Shown piece after piece: positions 36,317 to 46,098 of a DNA stretch of 64,000 nucleotides. Origin of the DNA: an uncultured Actinomycetes bacterium. GTDB lineage: Bacteria > Actinomycetota > Actinomycetes > S36-B12 > CAIYMF01. Within the stretch, counting starts at the first letter, position 1; each line of letters starts with the position of its first letter. Where the stretch lies: positions 8,299-72,298 of the forward strand of contig CAVWAR010000003.1 of assembly GCA_963753075.1 (NCBI GenBank), read 5' to 3'. The notes below the pieces were generated by a model. That model saw only the letters and a program-made list of their open reading frames with translations. It had not been told where the DNA came from and did not search any database. The position numbers and the translations under genes were made by a program.

Positions 36317-36565
36317 ATGGCCGAGACCGAACCTGCCAAGCCCAAACCAGCCAAGAGGCTGGCATGGACCCCCAGGCGGGTCCTGATCCTGGTCCTGGTC
36401 CTGCTTGCAGTAGTCCTAATCGTGGCCAACTTCGACTCCGCCGAGGTGAACCTCCTCGTCGCGACCATCAGGATGCCCTTGGCGCTGATGCTTGCCCTCT
36501 TGTTCGCCCTCGGTTGGGCAGCAGCGGCGCTCACATCGCGGCTACGCGCCGCAGGCAAACACTGA
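36317..36565 (+). CDS. small membrane protein, LapA/DUF1049-like
   Basis: 82 aa. Two hydrophobic helices (VLILVLVLLAVVLIVANF, LALMLALLFALGWAAAAL) around SAEVNLLVATIRMPL. GGAGG upstream. Confidence 0.55.
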   Translation: MAETEPAKPKPAKRLAWTPRRVLILVLVLLAVVLIVANFDSAEVNLLVATIRMPLALMLALLFALGWAAAALTSRLRAAGKH

Positions 36566-38367
36566 GCCTGGGGCTGTAGCGCTCACGCCGACTGCCGGAG
36601 ACTGCCTGCGCTCCGGGGAGTCCACCGGCAGAGTAGGCATCACGGGAGGATCGCGCGGATGCCGCAATCGAATCACGTCAAGGCTCGGCCGCCGTGGCTG
36701 CGGAGGTCCCCGACATGTGACGAACCAGATCGCGAACCCCGACGTGGGCATGCGCGTCGCCGACGGCATGGGAAGTCCCGACAACGTAGTGCCGGCTGAC
36801 GAGGTCGCGGTCCTGGCCGGCACCTCACACGCAACTTGGCGGCTGGCCGCGCGATGCGTCTATTCGCCGCGTATGACTGTCAAGCAGTGGCCGGATCCTC
36901 TGCAGCGCGCTCCCTCTCGCAGCGAGTACGGGATCACGACTGCACGGCCGGCCTCGGCCGCTTGAGCTACCGCGATGTCCCCCGACCACCGCTCAATCGA
37001 GCAGGCCGCGGCGTGCGACGTCGTGACCACGTCGATCCGCACGAGGTCCCTCACCCCTGGATGTCGGTTCAGTCGCATCTGATCGCGGAACGGGAGCACA
37101 CTGTTCATTGCGACCCAGAGCGTCCATAGTTGCGTCCGGCATGGTGGTGTACGGGTTGCCCGGTGATCGTGTCGCTACCGGCGTAGTGGCGGTCATCGCG
37201 TAGATCCTTCGAGTGATCTCTCACAACCGACTCGAAGAGGACGTTTCACGATGACCGCCACTCCCATTATTGACCCTGAGCAGTTCCTGCACGAGCAGTT
37301 GGCCCAGGCTTCCCCGGACCTGATGCGTGAGCTGTTGGCCACGTTCGTCAATGCCCTGGTCTCGGCGCAGGCTGACGTGGTCTGCGGTGCCCCGTACGGC
37401 CAGTCCAGCCCGGAGCGGACCAACTCCCGCAACGGCTACCGGCACCGTGACCTGGACACCCGGGTGGGCACGATCGACGTCGCGATCCCGAAGCTGCGCT
37501 CGGGGACGTACTTCCCCGAGTGGCTGCTGCAGCGGCGTCGCCGGGCCGAAGCAGCCCTGACCTCGGTGGTGGCCACCTGTTACCTGCTCGGGGTGTCCAC
37601 CCGGCGGATGGACCGTCTGGTCCAGTCGTTGGGCATCACCGGGCTGTCCAAGTCGCAGGTGTCGGAGATGGCCAAGGACCTCGACGCTCATGTGGAGGAC
37701 TTCCGGACCCGCCCGTTGGACGCCGGGCCGTACACGTTCGTGGCCGCGGACGCGTTGATGATGAAGGTTCGCGAGGGTGGGCGGGTGATCAACGTCGCCG
37801 TGCTCGTCGCGACCGGGGTGAACGCTGACGGGCACCGGGAGATCCTCGGCGTGCAGGTGAACACCGGTGAGACCGGGGCCGGCTGGTTGGCGTTCTTCCG
37901 TGACCTGGTGGCCCGCGGGCTGTCCGGGGTCGCCCTGGTCACCTCGGATGCCCACGCCGGCCTCATCGAAGCGATCGCCGCCACGCTGCCCGGGGCCAGC
38001 TGGCAGAGGTGCAGAACCCACTACGCGGCCAACCTGAGGTCGGTGACGCCGAAGAGCTCGTGGCCGTGGGTGAAAGCGTTGCTGCACTCGGTCTACGACC
38101 AACCCGACAAGGAGTCCGTGCATGAGCAGTTCGACCGGATCCTCGACGCCCTGACCGACAAGCTGCCGGCCGTCGCCGAGCACCTCGACGGAGCCCGGGG
38201 TGACGTGTTGGCGTTCACCGTGTTCCCGAAGGAGATCTGGCGACAGATCTGGTCCAACAACCCCATATCCGTTAACCGGCCCTCGGGCGACATCTGTGCT
38301 CAGCGGGGCTGGGGTCCCGCCCTGGTCGGGGGTTGCGGGGAAGGCTGGCTGGTGGGAGGTGGTCGCG

Positions 38368-39420
38368 GTGACGGTGAGCGTGGTCGACGACGGGAACGGG
38401 GTCCGGCTGGACGGCGACTGGGAGGGCGTGGCGGACGCGAACCGGTTCCTGGGGCACCTACGGGCGCGGGCGTTCTCCCCGGCCACGGTGCGGGCCTATG
38501 CCTTCGATCTGGTGAACCTGGCCCGCTTCACCGAGCAGCGGCGACTGCCGGTGGCCAAGGTCACGGCGATGGACGTGTTCGACTGGATCGACTGGCAGCG
38601 CACCGAGGTCCCCAACTCGGGCACGGTGGTGGAGTTGCGCCCGCGGGGCGCTGCGATCGCCACAGTGAACCGGCGGGTCGCCGCCGCTCGGGGCTTCTAC
38701 GGGTTCTTGGTGATGGCCGGCCAACTTGCGGTCAACCCGGTGCCGACCGGTCGGCGAGGTGCGGGGCTGCGCCCCGCGGCCCGGGGTGTGTTGGGGCATC
38801 TGGGTCCGGGTCGGCCCCGTGGTGGGGGCCGGCTGCTGCGTGAACCGAGCCGGCTGCCGGAGTCGCTGCCGCTGACCGAGGTCGGGGCGTTCCTGACCGA
38901 TCTGCGCTCTCACCGGGACCGGGCGATCGTGCTGCTGATGCTGTTCGGCGGCCTGCGCGCAGCGGAGGTCCGCGGGCTGCGGCTGGCTGATGTCGACCAG
39001 GGCCGTCGCCGGGTCCGGGTGCTGGGCAAGGGGTCCCGGGAACGGGTCGTCCCCGTCGACCAGGCGTTCTTCGCCGAGCTCGGTGCCTACCTGCGCCACG
39101 AACGTCCGGCCGGGTTGGCCACGCAGCAGTGTTTCGTGGTGCTGCGCGGCCCCACCGCCGGGCAGCCGCTGACCGAGGCGGGGATGCGTTCCCTGTTCCG
39201 CCGGCATCGGGACACCTCCGGGGCGGTCCGGGTCCGCCCGCACCGGCTGCGCCACACCTACGGCACCGAGTTGGCCGCCGCGGGGATCGACCTGCTCGCG
39301 TTGCGGGCGCTGATGGGGCACGCCAGCCCGGAGACGACCAGCCGCTACGTCCACCTGTCCGTGGAACACCTGGCTGCGGAGTATGCCGCCGCGAGCATCA
39401 CCCTGCAGGACCGGTCATGA
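38368..39420 (+). CDS. tyrosine recombinase (smaller subunit, TnpA-like)
   Basis: 350 aa from GTG 38368 (GGGAGG 9 nt upstream). SAM-like N-domain (FLGHLRARAFSPATVRAYAFDL). Catalytic LFGGLRAAEVRGLRL, PHRLRHTYGTEL, GHASPETTSRYVHLS. Confidence 0.8.
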   Translation: MTVSVVDDGNGVRLDGDWEGVADANRFLGHLRARAFSPATVRAYAFDLVNLARFTEQRRLPVAKVTAMDVFDWIDWQRTEVPNSGTVVELRPRGAAIATVNRRVAAARGFYGFLVMAGQLAVNPVPTGRRGAGLRPAARGVLGHLGPGRPRGGGRLLREPSRLPESLPLTEVGAFLTDLRSHRDRAIVLLMLFGGLRAAEVRGLRLADVDQGRRRVRVLGKGSRERVVPVDQAFFAELGAYLRHERPAGLATQQCFVVLRGPTAGQPLTEAGMRSLFRRHRDTSGAVRVRPHRLRHTYGTELAAAGIDLLALRALMGHASPETTSRYVHLSVEHLAAEYAAASITLQDRS

Positions 39421-41357
39421 GCCCGGCGTCCGCGGTCGCGGTCACCCGGTCACCGGGCCTGCTCGCCGATTACCTGGCGCACGTCGACGGGCTGGACCTC
39501 TCGGGCCGGGCCCGCCGAGACCGGCGGGTTGCCGCGACCCGGTTCCTGGCCACGTTCGGCGATCTCGAGGAGTGGATGGCCCGCCCGGCCCCGGCACGGG
39601 TGGTGGACCTCAAGCGCACCGGGGCCTGGCCGTTGGTCGTGTTCGCGATCGCCGGCGGGCACGTCCGTCTGGATCTGGAACTGGCCGGGGTGAAGAACCT
39701 GACCGGACTCGGGGCGGCGATCCGGGCCACCGACCCCGACGGGTTCGCCCGCGCCCAGGTCGCCGGACTGCGACTGGGCTGGGGCCAAGCCTGGGTCGAC
39801 ACCGTCCTGGGCGAGTGCCTGGCGGTGATCCTGGCCTGCACCGGGCGGCACCTGGACCAGCTCGACGACGAAGTGATCGACGCGTTCGACACCGACCTGG
39901 CCACGATGATGACGATCCCCGCCTCGTCGCGGCGGGCCTACCGGGCCCGGCTGGCCAGCCTGCGCCGGATCCTGTTCGAGCTACGGATCACCGATCAGCC
40001 GCCGCGTCGCCGGCCGTGGTCCCGCACGATCGAGCGGCGGTTCGACGACGTGGCCATGCCCGCCGAGATCCGCACCGTGCTGCTGCGCTACGTCCACGTC
40101 AGGGCCACCGTCCTGCGACCGAACTCGGTCGAGTCGCTGATCGATGACCTGATGCCGTTCGCCGAGTTCCTGCACGCCCACCACCCGCAGGTGGTCAGCC
40201 TGCGCCAGTTGAGCCGGGACCACATCGAAGAGTTCCTGACCTTCAACCGGCACCGGAACTGGCGGGGCCGCAAAGCCCGGCCGGTCCCGGTCAGCGACAG
40301 CGTCGCCCAGTCCGCGGTCCTGACCCTGCGCAACATGTTCGAGGACATCACCGCCTGGGGCTGGGCCGAGGCCCCCACCCGCCAACTGGTGTTCACGGCC
40401 GACATCCCGAAGCTGGGCCGCCCGCTGCCCCGAGCCCTGCCCCCGACGGTCGACGCCGCCCTGATGGCCGCGGTCGCGGACCTGCCCGACCTGTTCGCCG
40501 CCGTCGGCCTGCAGGTCCTCCGCGGTGCTGGGTTGCGCGTCGGGGAACTGCTGGACCTGGAATGCGATGCGATCCTGGACTACGGCCCGGCCGGGACCTG
40601 GCTGCGCGTCCCGCTGGGCAAGCTGGCCACCGAACGCGCTGTCCCGTTGAACCCGGGCACCCTGGCCGTGTTGGACTCGTGGGCCACCCAACGCGCTACT
40701 CACCGCCCGATCCCGCACCCCCGCACCGGGCGGCCCACCCACTTCCTGTTCACCGAGCACGGCCGCCGCCTCGGCGCGACCCGGCTACGCAACGGGCTGC
40801 AGAGCGCGATCCACACCGCCGGTTTGACCGATCCCACCGGAGCGCCGCTGCGGATCACCCCGCACCAGTTGCGCCACACCTACGCCACCGAACTGGCCAA
40901 CGCCGGCATGTCGCTGCAAGCCCTGATGGCGCTCCTCGGACACGTCACCTCCGAGATGACCATCCGCTACGCCACCCTGGCACCGACGACCCTGAACACC
41001 GCCTACGAGAACGCCGTCGCAGGGCTGCGCCCTCAGCTGCCGATCGCCGCACCCGCCCGGCCGATCATCCCGGACCGGATCACCTGGCTGAACGCCGAGA
41101 TGATCAAGACCCGACTCGGCACCGGGTACTGCGCCCGCCACCACGCCGCCGGGCCCTGCGACTACGCCAACATCTGCGAGACCTGCGACAACTTCACCCC
41201 CGCACCCGAGTTCGCCCCGGCCCTGGCCGACCAACTCGCCGACACCCGAGCCCTGCACGCAGACGCCGAGCAGCGAGGCTGGACCAACGAAGCGCAACGC
41301 CACCAACGCGTCAGCCACGCCCTCGAAACCCACCTCCGCCTCCTGCAACCCCGCTGA
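39417..41357 (+). CDS. tyrosine recombinase (larger subunit, TnpB-like) with Cys-rich C-terminal tail
   Basis: 646 aa. ATG overlaps the upstream stop (ATGA). Catalytic LRGAGLRVGELLDLE, PHQLRHTYATELANAG, GHVTSEMTIRYATLA. Tail GYCARHHAAGPCDYANICETCDNF. Confidence 0.8.
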   Translation: MSPASAVAVTRSPGLLADYLAHVDGLDLSGRARRDRRVAATRFLATFGDLEEWMARPAPARVVDLKRTGAWPLVVFAIAGGHVRLDLELAGVKNLTGLGAAIRATDPDGFARAQVAGLRLGWGQAWVDTVLGECLAVILACTGRHLDQLDDEVIDAFDTDLATMMTIPASSRRAYRARLASLRRILFELRITDQPPRRRPWSRTIERRFDDVAMPAEIRTVLLRYVHVRATVLRPNSVESLIDDLMPFAEFLHAHHPQVVSLRQLSRDHIEEFLTFNRHRNWRGRKARPVPVSDSVAQSAVLTLRNMFEDITAWGWAEAPTRQLVFTADIPKLGRPLPRALPPTVDAALMAAVADLPDLFAAVGLQVLRGAGLRVGELLDLECDAILDYGPAGTWLRVPLGKLATERAVPLNPGTLAVLDSWATQRATHRPIPHPRTGRPTHFLFTEHGRRLGATRLRNGLQSAIHTAGLTDPTGAPLRITPHQLRHTYATELANAGMSLQALMALLGHVTSEMTIRYATLAPTTLNTAYENAVAGLRPQLPIAAPARPIIPDRITWLNAEMIKTRLGTGYCARHHAAGPCDYANICETCDNFTPAPEFAPALADQLADTRALHADAEQRGWTNEAQRHQRVSHALETHLRLLQPR

Positions 41358-41812
41358 CCCGGACAACCCCTCGGGATGACTCCCACCCCCAAGGCCGGTT
41401 AAACGAGCGCCTCAACCGGGAGATCCGGCGTCGGACCGACGTCGTCGGGATCTTCCCCGACCGCACCTCGATCATCCGCCTCGTCGGCGCGGTCCTGGCC
41501 GAGCAGCACGACGAATGGGTCGAAGCGAGGCGCTACTTCGGCCTCGACGCCCTGGCCAAAGCCCGCCTCATCCTGACCACCGACCCCGAGGAGGAACCCG
41601 ACACCATCACAGCCCTGTCAGCCTGACCCCAAACGAAGGATCACGCCAACCCCGTACACCACCTCCACGGACTTGACCGCGTCCATCACGTGCTCACGGT
41701 TGGGTTCGGCCGGCTCGGGAGTAGCCTCAACAACAACCGAAGGGGCGGTCGTAGGCAAACTCGTAGGCAAATCCAAGCCCGAGCACCGCGCTCGGCCCAG
41801 CACAAACCCCCC

Positions 41813-42271
41813 CTGACCTGCGACGATATGGAGCCGACGCCCGGACTCGAACCGGGAACCACCTGTTTACAAGGCGGCTCACAAGGGTCTATGGCGTCAT
41901 TCCGGGTTCGAACATCGTGCTCCGGGGTGGTCGAAACCGTCCATCGGATCGCGCTGGGTTCAGGCACGTAGTGACAAGTTAGTTACAGGCGACTGGCAGG
42001 AATCGGACACCGGGCGCCGGCAGGAAGCCAGGCCCGACAGCGGCCTCCCCGCGCCGAGGTTTGCAGCCTGGCCGTCGCAAGATCGGCAGCCGGTCTGGCT
42101 TCCGATTCTGCCGCTACGCCGCTACACGACGAGCGCCCGTCCGGGAATCGTGCTCAGACGGCCCAGATCGCACCGTCCGACGTGTAGCGGGACCTCCTGC
42201 TTGTAGCGGGCAGCAGCGCCCACCCGGACAACCACAGCGATAACGAGACCGCAGGGCGCCCACAGCGCCCA
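41813..42271 (-). repeat. 459-bp non-coding module, copy 2
   Basis: See 8849-9307. Confidence 0.9.
41829..41947 (-). ncRNA. tRNA-like / tmRNA-TLD-like domain (copy 2, ends ...GGCU-CCA)
   Basis: Same architecture as 8865-8983. Here the 3' end reads CGUCGGC-U-CCA, an encoded CCA after a 6-7 bp acceptor-like helix. Confidence 0.45.
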
Positions 42272-42579
42272 GATAGACGCAGGGCTTGAAGTGGCTGCAC
42301 GAGTCGTGGTCTGCACGAGTCGGGGATGGTGACCAGACCGATCGCCCTGACGAACACCAACAGCGTGGGCAACGTGCGCGACACCATCATTGTGCGGGAG
42401 GCGGCGCTACCGGGCCGGCTTCCGATCATGCTTCCCGTGGTCGGCGAGACCCGAGTTCCGCAGTAGGTGGACATGGGGTCAGCCCGTTGGTGCTGGTCAG
42501 AGGGGTTTCGAGCCTTCGGCCGTGAGGGGTCGTGTGTCCACGCCGCAGAAGGGCCCTCTTGGAGAGTGTTGCAGGTCAG

Positions 42580-43592
42580 CGTGGGGTTAGCGCGGTGGTC
42601 CGGGGTGGCGACGGGCACGTTGCAGGCCCCAAGAATGCTCGTTGGAGGTCGGTGGGTTCGGTGGCCTGGACGATGGTCCCGGCGGGCCCGGTGAGGGTGA
42701 CTGTGGCCAGGCGGTCCATTTCGTAGGCGATCCGGTTCCAGGTGGTGCCGGTGTGCGTTCTCGGCGACCCGGACGAGGAGCAGGGCCAGCCAGCAGATCA
42801 GGACATGGGCCTGGATCCGGGGTTCGAGGCGGTGGAACAACCGGGTGCAGCATCAGGGTGGACTTCATGTCGCGGAACCCGCGCTCGGCTTCGAGGAGGT
42901 TCTTGTAGCCCAGGGCGACCTGCGCGGGGGTCAGGTGCGGATCGGAGGTGGACAGCAGGTACTTGCCGTCGAGCTTGGCCTTCGCAGCGATCCGGGCCCG
43001 GTCGATCACCAACCGCCCGGTGTTGGTCTGGCGCAGCCACCGGCCCAGGGTGACGTGATCCCGCAAGGCGCACTCGGTGCGGGTGTGCCCGGCAAGCTCG
43101 GCCTCCAGGCGGGACGCGGGTCTTCGCGGTGCTGGTCGTCTTCAGCGCGGCGCTGGCCTTGGCCCGGGCTTCAGCGATGCGGGCCAGCTCGGCTCTCCAG
43201 GCGGGTGACCGCCTCATTGCGGGTGGACTTGTAGTTGACCGCTTCAGCGGTGTTCAGGCAGATGATCCAGCGCACCCCCGGCGTGGAGTCGAGTTGGGCT
43301 TCCTTGACGTGCAAATGGTCGTTGACCACGGTGAACCGGCCTTGGCGGGACAGCGCCTGGGCGCCGTCGCCGGCGTGGTCCCGCATCCGTTCCCCAGCGA
43401 TCCAGTGCCCGCCGCCGCTGAGCGCGGGTAGTCCAGGTTCGCATTCGAGGAGAACCCGCGGTTGGTGGTGTCGAGCGCGTCGACGGTCTCAAGGACGATC
43501 CACCCCAGATGATCCGGCGGGAGCCATTCGCGCATGTCGACTGGCAACAGCATCGGTTGCTCACGCAGCACGGGACGATACGACTTGGCCAC
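42580..43592 (-). pseudogene. IS1634/IS4-like transposase, heavily frameshifted
   Basis: Fragments lie in three frames: MAKSYRPVLREQPMLLPVDMREWLPPDHLGWIVLETVDALD (N-terminus), ...DRARIAAKAKLDGKYLLSTSDPHLTPAQVALGYKNLLEAERGFRDMKSTLMLHPV, FHRLEPRIQAHVLICWLALLLVRVAEN. Family assignment is tentative. Confidence 0.6.
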
Positions 43593-43797
43593 GATTCATC
43601 ATCACGGACCCACACAGGATCCCTTGACCCCACCGGACGAGGTCAAGCACGATGGACCCAGCGTTGGGAGCCGGAAGCCCGCTCTCAGCGCCTTCTCCAT
43701 CACCCTCGCCGACCGATTCCCGGCCGCCGAGCAGTGCTAACCGAAGATGCCGGAAACACCGAAATCGTTACAGTCCCATCAACACGCAGACGGACCA

Positions 43798-44817
43798 CTA
43801 GCTCAGCGCGTCAGCGATTGACTGGGCGTTGGTCGTGACCATCCCGGCGTAGGTGTCAGCCCCCGACCCCTCGGGGCCTAGCGAGCCGACGAACAGCTCC
43901 ACGACTTCCACCTGCGTGCCCGATTCGGCCGCGACGGTATCGACGAGAGCGGACTTGTCGGCGGTGTTGGAGAAGATCGCCGACACGCCTTCGGCCTCGA
44001 CGACCTCGACCAGCTCGGCCAGCTCAGCCGAGGAGGGCTCGGCCTGAGTCGACCCGCCGGGGACGACCACACCAGCGACCTCGAAGTCGTAGGCATCGGC
44101 GAGGTAGCCAAACGCGTCGTGGTCGGTCACCAGCACCCGCCTCTCGGCCGGGATCACGGCGAGGATGTCGCGGACCTGCTCGTCGGTCTCCTGCAGCGTG
44201 TCGTGCACCTGGGCGCCGCAGGCAGCGTAGGCGCCGTCGCCAGTGGCCTTGTCGAGCTCGGCGCCGATCAGTTGGGCCGCGCGGGCCATGCGTGCCGTGT
44301 CGTGCCAGAAGTGCGGGTCCATCGACCCGTGCTCGTGCGAGTGCTCGTCGCTCTCCGCCTCGTCTTCGTGCGAGTGCTCGTCGCTACCAGCCTCGTCCTC
44401 GTCGGGGGAGTGCTCGCCGCCACCAAACTCGATCGGGTCGACCATGGGTGCGATCTCAAGGGCGCTGGCCCCGTCGGCCTGCGCGCCGGCAAGGGCGTCG
44501 GTGAGCCCCTCTTCCAGCCCCAGTCCGTTGCTGACCACGAGGTCGGCGTTGACGAGGCTGGCGAGCTGCTCGGAGGATGGAGAGAAGTCGTGCGGGTCTG
44601 CCCCGATCGGGATCAAGGCCTCAGCGCTGCCGCCGGCGCACTCCATGATGTCGCTGACAACGTCGCCGAGCATCGTAGTGGTGGCGATGGCCAGGCCAGC
44701 AGAGTTGGAGGCGTCCTGGGTGGCGTCGGTCCCCGCATCGCCGCTGCTGGTGCCGCAGCCGGCGACCACGAGGCCGGCCGCGAAGAGGACTCCGAACAAG
44801 GATGCGGGACGTGGCAT
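43798..44817 (-). CDS. metal (probably zinc) ABC-transporter substrate-binding lipoprotein, ZnuA/TroA-like
   Basis: 339 aa from ATG 44817. Lipobox LVVAGC. GADPHDF and DPHFWHD metal-ligand motifs. Acidic His-rich loop EHSPDEDEAGSDEHSHEDEAESDEHSHEHG. No ABC or permease genes adjacent. Confidence 0.8.
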   Translation of the reverse strand: MPRPASLFGVLFAAGLVVAGCGTSSGDAGTDATQDASNSAGLAIATTTMLGDVVSDIMECAGGSAEALIPIGADPHDFSPSSEQLASLVNADLVVSNGLGLEEGLTDALAGAQADGASALEIAPMVDPIEFGGGEHSPDEDEAGSDEHSHEDEAESDEHSHEHGSMDPHFWHDTARMARAAQLIGAELDKATGDGAYAACGAQVHDTLQETDEQVRDILAVIPAERRVLVTDHDAFGYLADAYDFEVAGVVVPGGSTQAEPSSAELAELVEVVEAEGVSAIFSNTADKSALVDTVAAESGTQVEVVELFVGSLGPEGSGADTYAGMVTTNAQSIADALS

Positions 44818-45115
44818 GGGTGGATCCAATCTGAGGCTGTAGTGAGAATTGTTCCCGCTAACGCTAGCAGAGAACGAGAATCGTTGTGAACAAGCGCAGA
44901 CGCAGGGCGTCGTCTGCTGGTCCACAGTTCAGTCGCCAGCCTCGGCGGCGCCGAGGGAGCACAGTCCGACGATCTGGAGGCGTGGCAGGACCGACAACGC
45001 CGTTCTGGGCGCTCGGCTACCGAACGCCGTACGAACTACTCTTCGAGAACGACACCATCACCGCAGCCGGTGGGCCCCGGTGACGAATACCCACAGGGTG
45101 GGTCAGGTCGGACTG

Positions 45116-45625
45116 TCACCAGCCCGGGTCGTGTGGTGTCCCAAGCGGCATTGCTGGCCTGAACAGAGTTCGATTCGAGGAGGTTGACGTGGGTGGACAC
45201 GAGCATGTCGACGACGAAATTGCCACACCGGTGCGGCGAGCGTCGCCCGCCTCTGTGCCGGCAAGTCGTCCAGCTAGTTCGGCTGTGCTTGCGGGGTCGA
45301 GCTGGGATCCGACGGCGTCGACGACGTCCTGCGCGGCTTCCTCGGACATGTCGAACTCGTGGCCCCCGATCACCCATCGGAGTGGCATCTTGCCCACCAC
45401 CGCGAGCAACGAGGCGATCCCGCCCACGGCGAGCAATGCAACGGTTCCGGCTTGGTTGCCGGAAACGAAGACCGCGACAGCCCCGCCGATCAGCCCGCCC
45501 GCGCCTGCGAGAGCGAAGAGTCCTCGCACGCCACCATGCAGATCGCGAACGGTGACGCGCTCGGTCCTCACCGAACAACTCCCGGCGCAACTTGCGAGCC
45601 TCAGGCTCCTGGCTTGTCTTGGCAT
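45116..45625 (-). CDS. hypothetical membrane protein (weak call)
   Basis: Two hydrophobic segments (GLFALAGAGGLIGGAVAVFV, TVALLAVGGIASLLAVV). N- and C-terminal parts look better in the overlapping frame 45036..45668, so the gene may be frameshifted. Confidence 0.25.
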   Translation of the reverse strand: MPRQARSLRLASCAGSCSVRTERVTVRDLHGGVRGLFALAGAGGLIGGAVAVFVSGNQAGTVALLAVGGIASLLAVVGKMPLRWVIGGHEFDMSEEAAQDVVDAVGSQLDPASTAELAGRLAGTEAGDARRTGVAISSSTCSCPPTSTSSNRTLFRPAMPLGTPHDPGW

Positions 45626-46020
45626 CTTTGGTCACAGTCACAGTCAATCTCCTTCGGTCAACGACCAACCTCCCTTACACAGACCATCTGACACGCTCTG
45701 ACCCTCTGCCGTCGGGCGCAGTGACGGGCGAGGCGAGCACGGAGTCGGTAGCGTGAGAGAGCCACGACGGCTACCTGCTGTCGACGATGCTGGCCGCAGA
45801 GACTCATCCCCGATCCACCACCAGGCGCCGCGTCACGTCTGCTCGGTGCAGTCACGATGAGGGTTGGCCCGGCCGACCCAGTCCTCCAGCGTCCCACCAC
45901 GCCCGCCACCGAAGTGCGTCGCTTTGGGCGGTAGCGACGCAGCCTCAGGGCGCCGGGGGAGTCCGGCCGTGGCTCTGTCAGACGCCGACGCCATTGGTCG
46001 CGATCGAGCCGTGAACCAGC

Positions 46021-46043
46021 GCGCGTTTCGCGGCGAAGTGGGG
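46021..46043 (-). repeat. short GC-rich motif family member
   Basis: Reverse complement CCCCACTTCGCCGCGAAACGCGC. Confidence 0.7.
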
Positions 46044-46098
46044 CACTCCGAACTCTGTGGCCGCGCTCGCGGGGGGTGAGCCGCCTGACTGCCTCTAC

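Larger units (their letters stand above)
38265..41401 (+). mobile_element. two-tyrosine-recombinase (Tn554-like) element nested in the IS256 transposase gene
   Basis: 3137-bp insert between AACAACCCC and AACGAGCGC of the IS256 ORF. 10-bp inverted repeat TTAACCGGCC (38272-38281) / GGCCGGTTAA (41393-41402). Carries only the two recombinase genes. Confidence 0.7.
37251..41626 (+). pseudogene. IS256-family (mutator-type) transposase, split by insertion after codon ...IWSNNP
   Basis: 5' part 37251-38264 (MTATPIIDPEQFLHEQLAQASPDLMRELL...GYRHRDLDTRVGTIDVAIPKLR...FVAADALMMKVRE...TSDAHAGLI...RCRTHY...). 3' part 41402-41626 (NERLNREIRRRTDVVGIFPDRTSIIRLVGAVLAEQHDEW...). Confidence 0.85.
37198..41646 (+). 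mobile_element. IS256-family element carrying a 3.1-kb nested insertion
   Basis: Ends GCGTAGATCCTTCG (about 37198) and the complement of GCGTGATCCTTCG (about 41646). Length minus the insert is about 1.3 kb, as expected for IS256. Boundaries approximate. Confidence 0.65.

Noticed and set aside
36860-37196. Two overlapping minus-strand ORFs (82 and 67 aa) just left of IS256
   Set aside because: They may be a remnant of a gene truncated by the IS. I could not assign a family or decide the frame, so they are not reported as a feature.
42286-42313. Two copies of CTGCACGAGTCG 16 bp apart, next to repeat copy 2
   Set aside because: They are probably part of the terminal region of the degraded IS1634/IS4-like element. 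They are absent beside copy 1, so not part of the RNA module.
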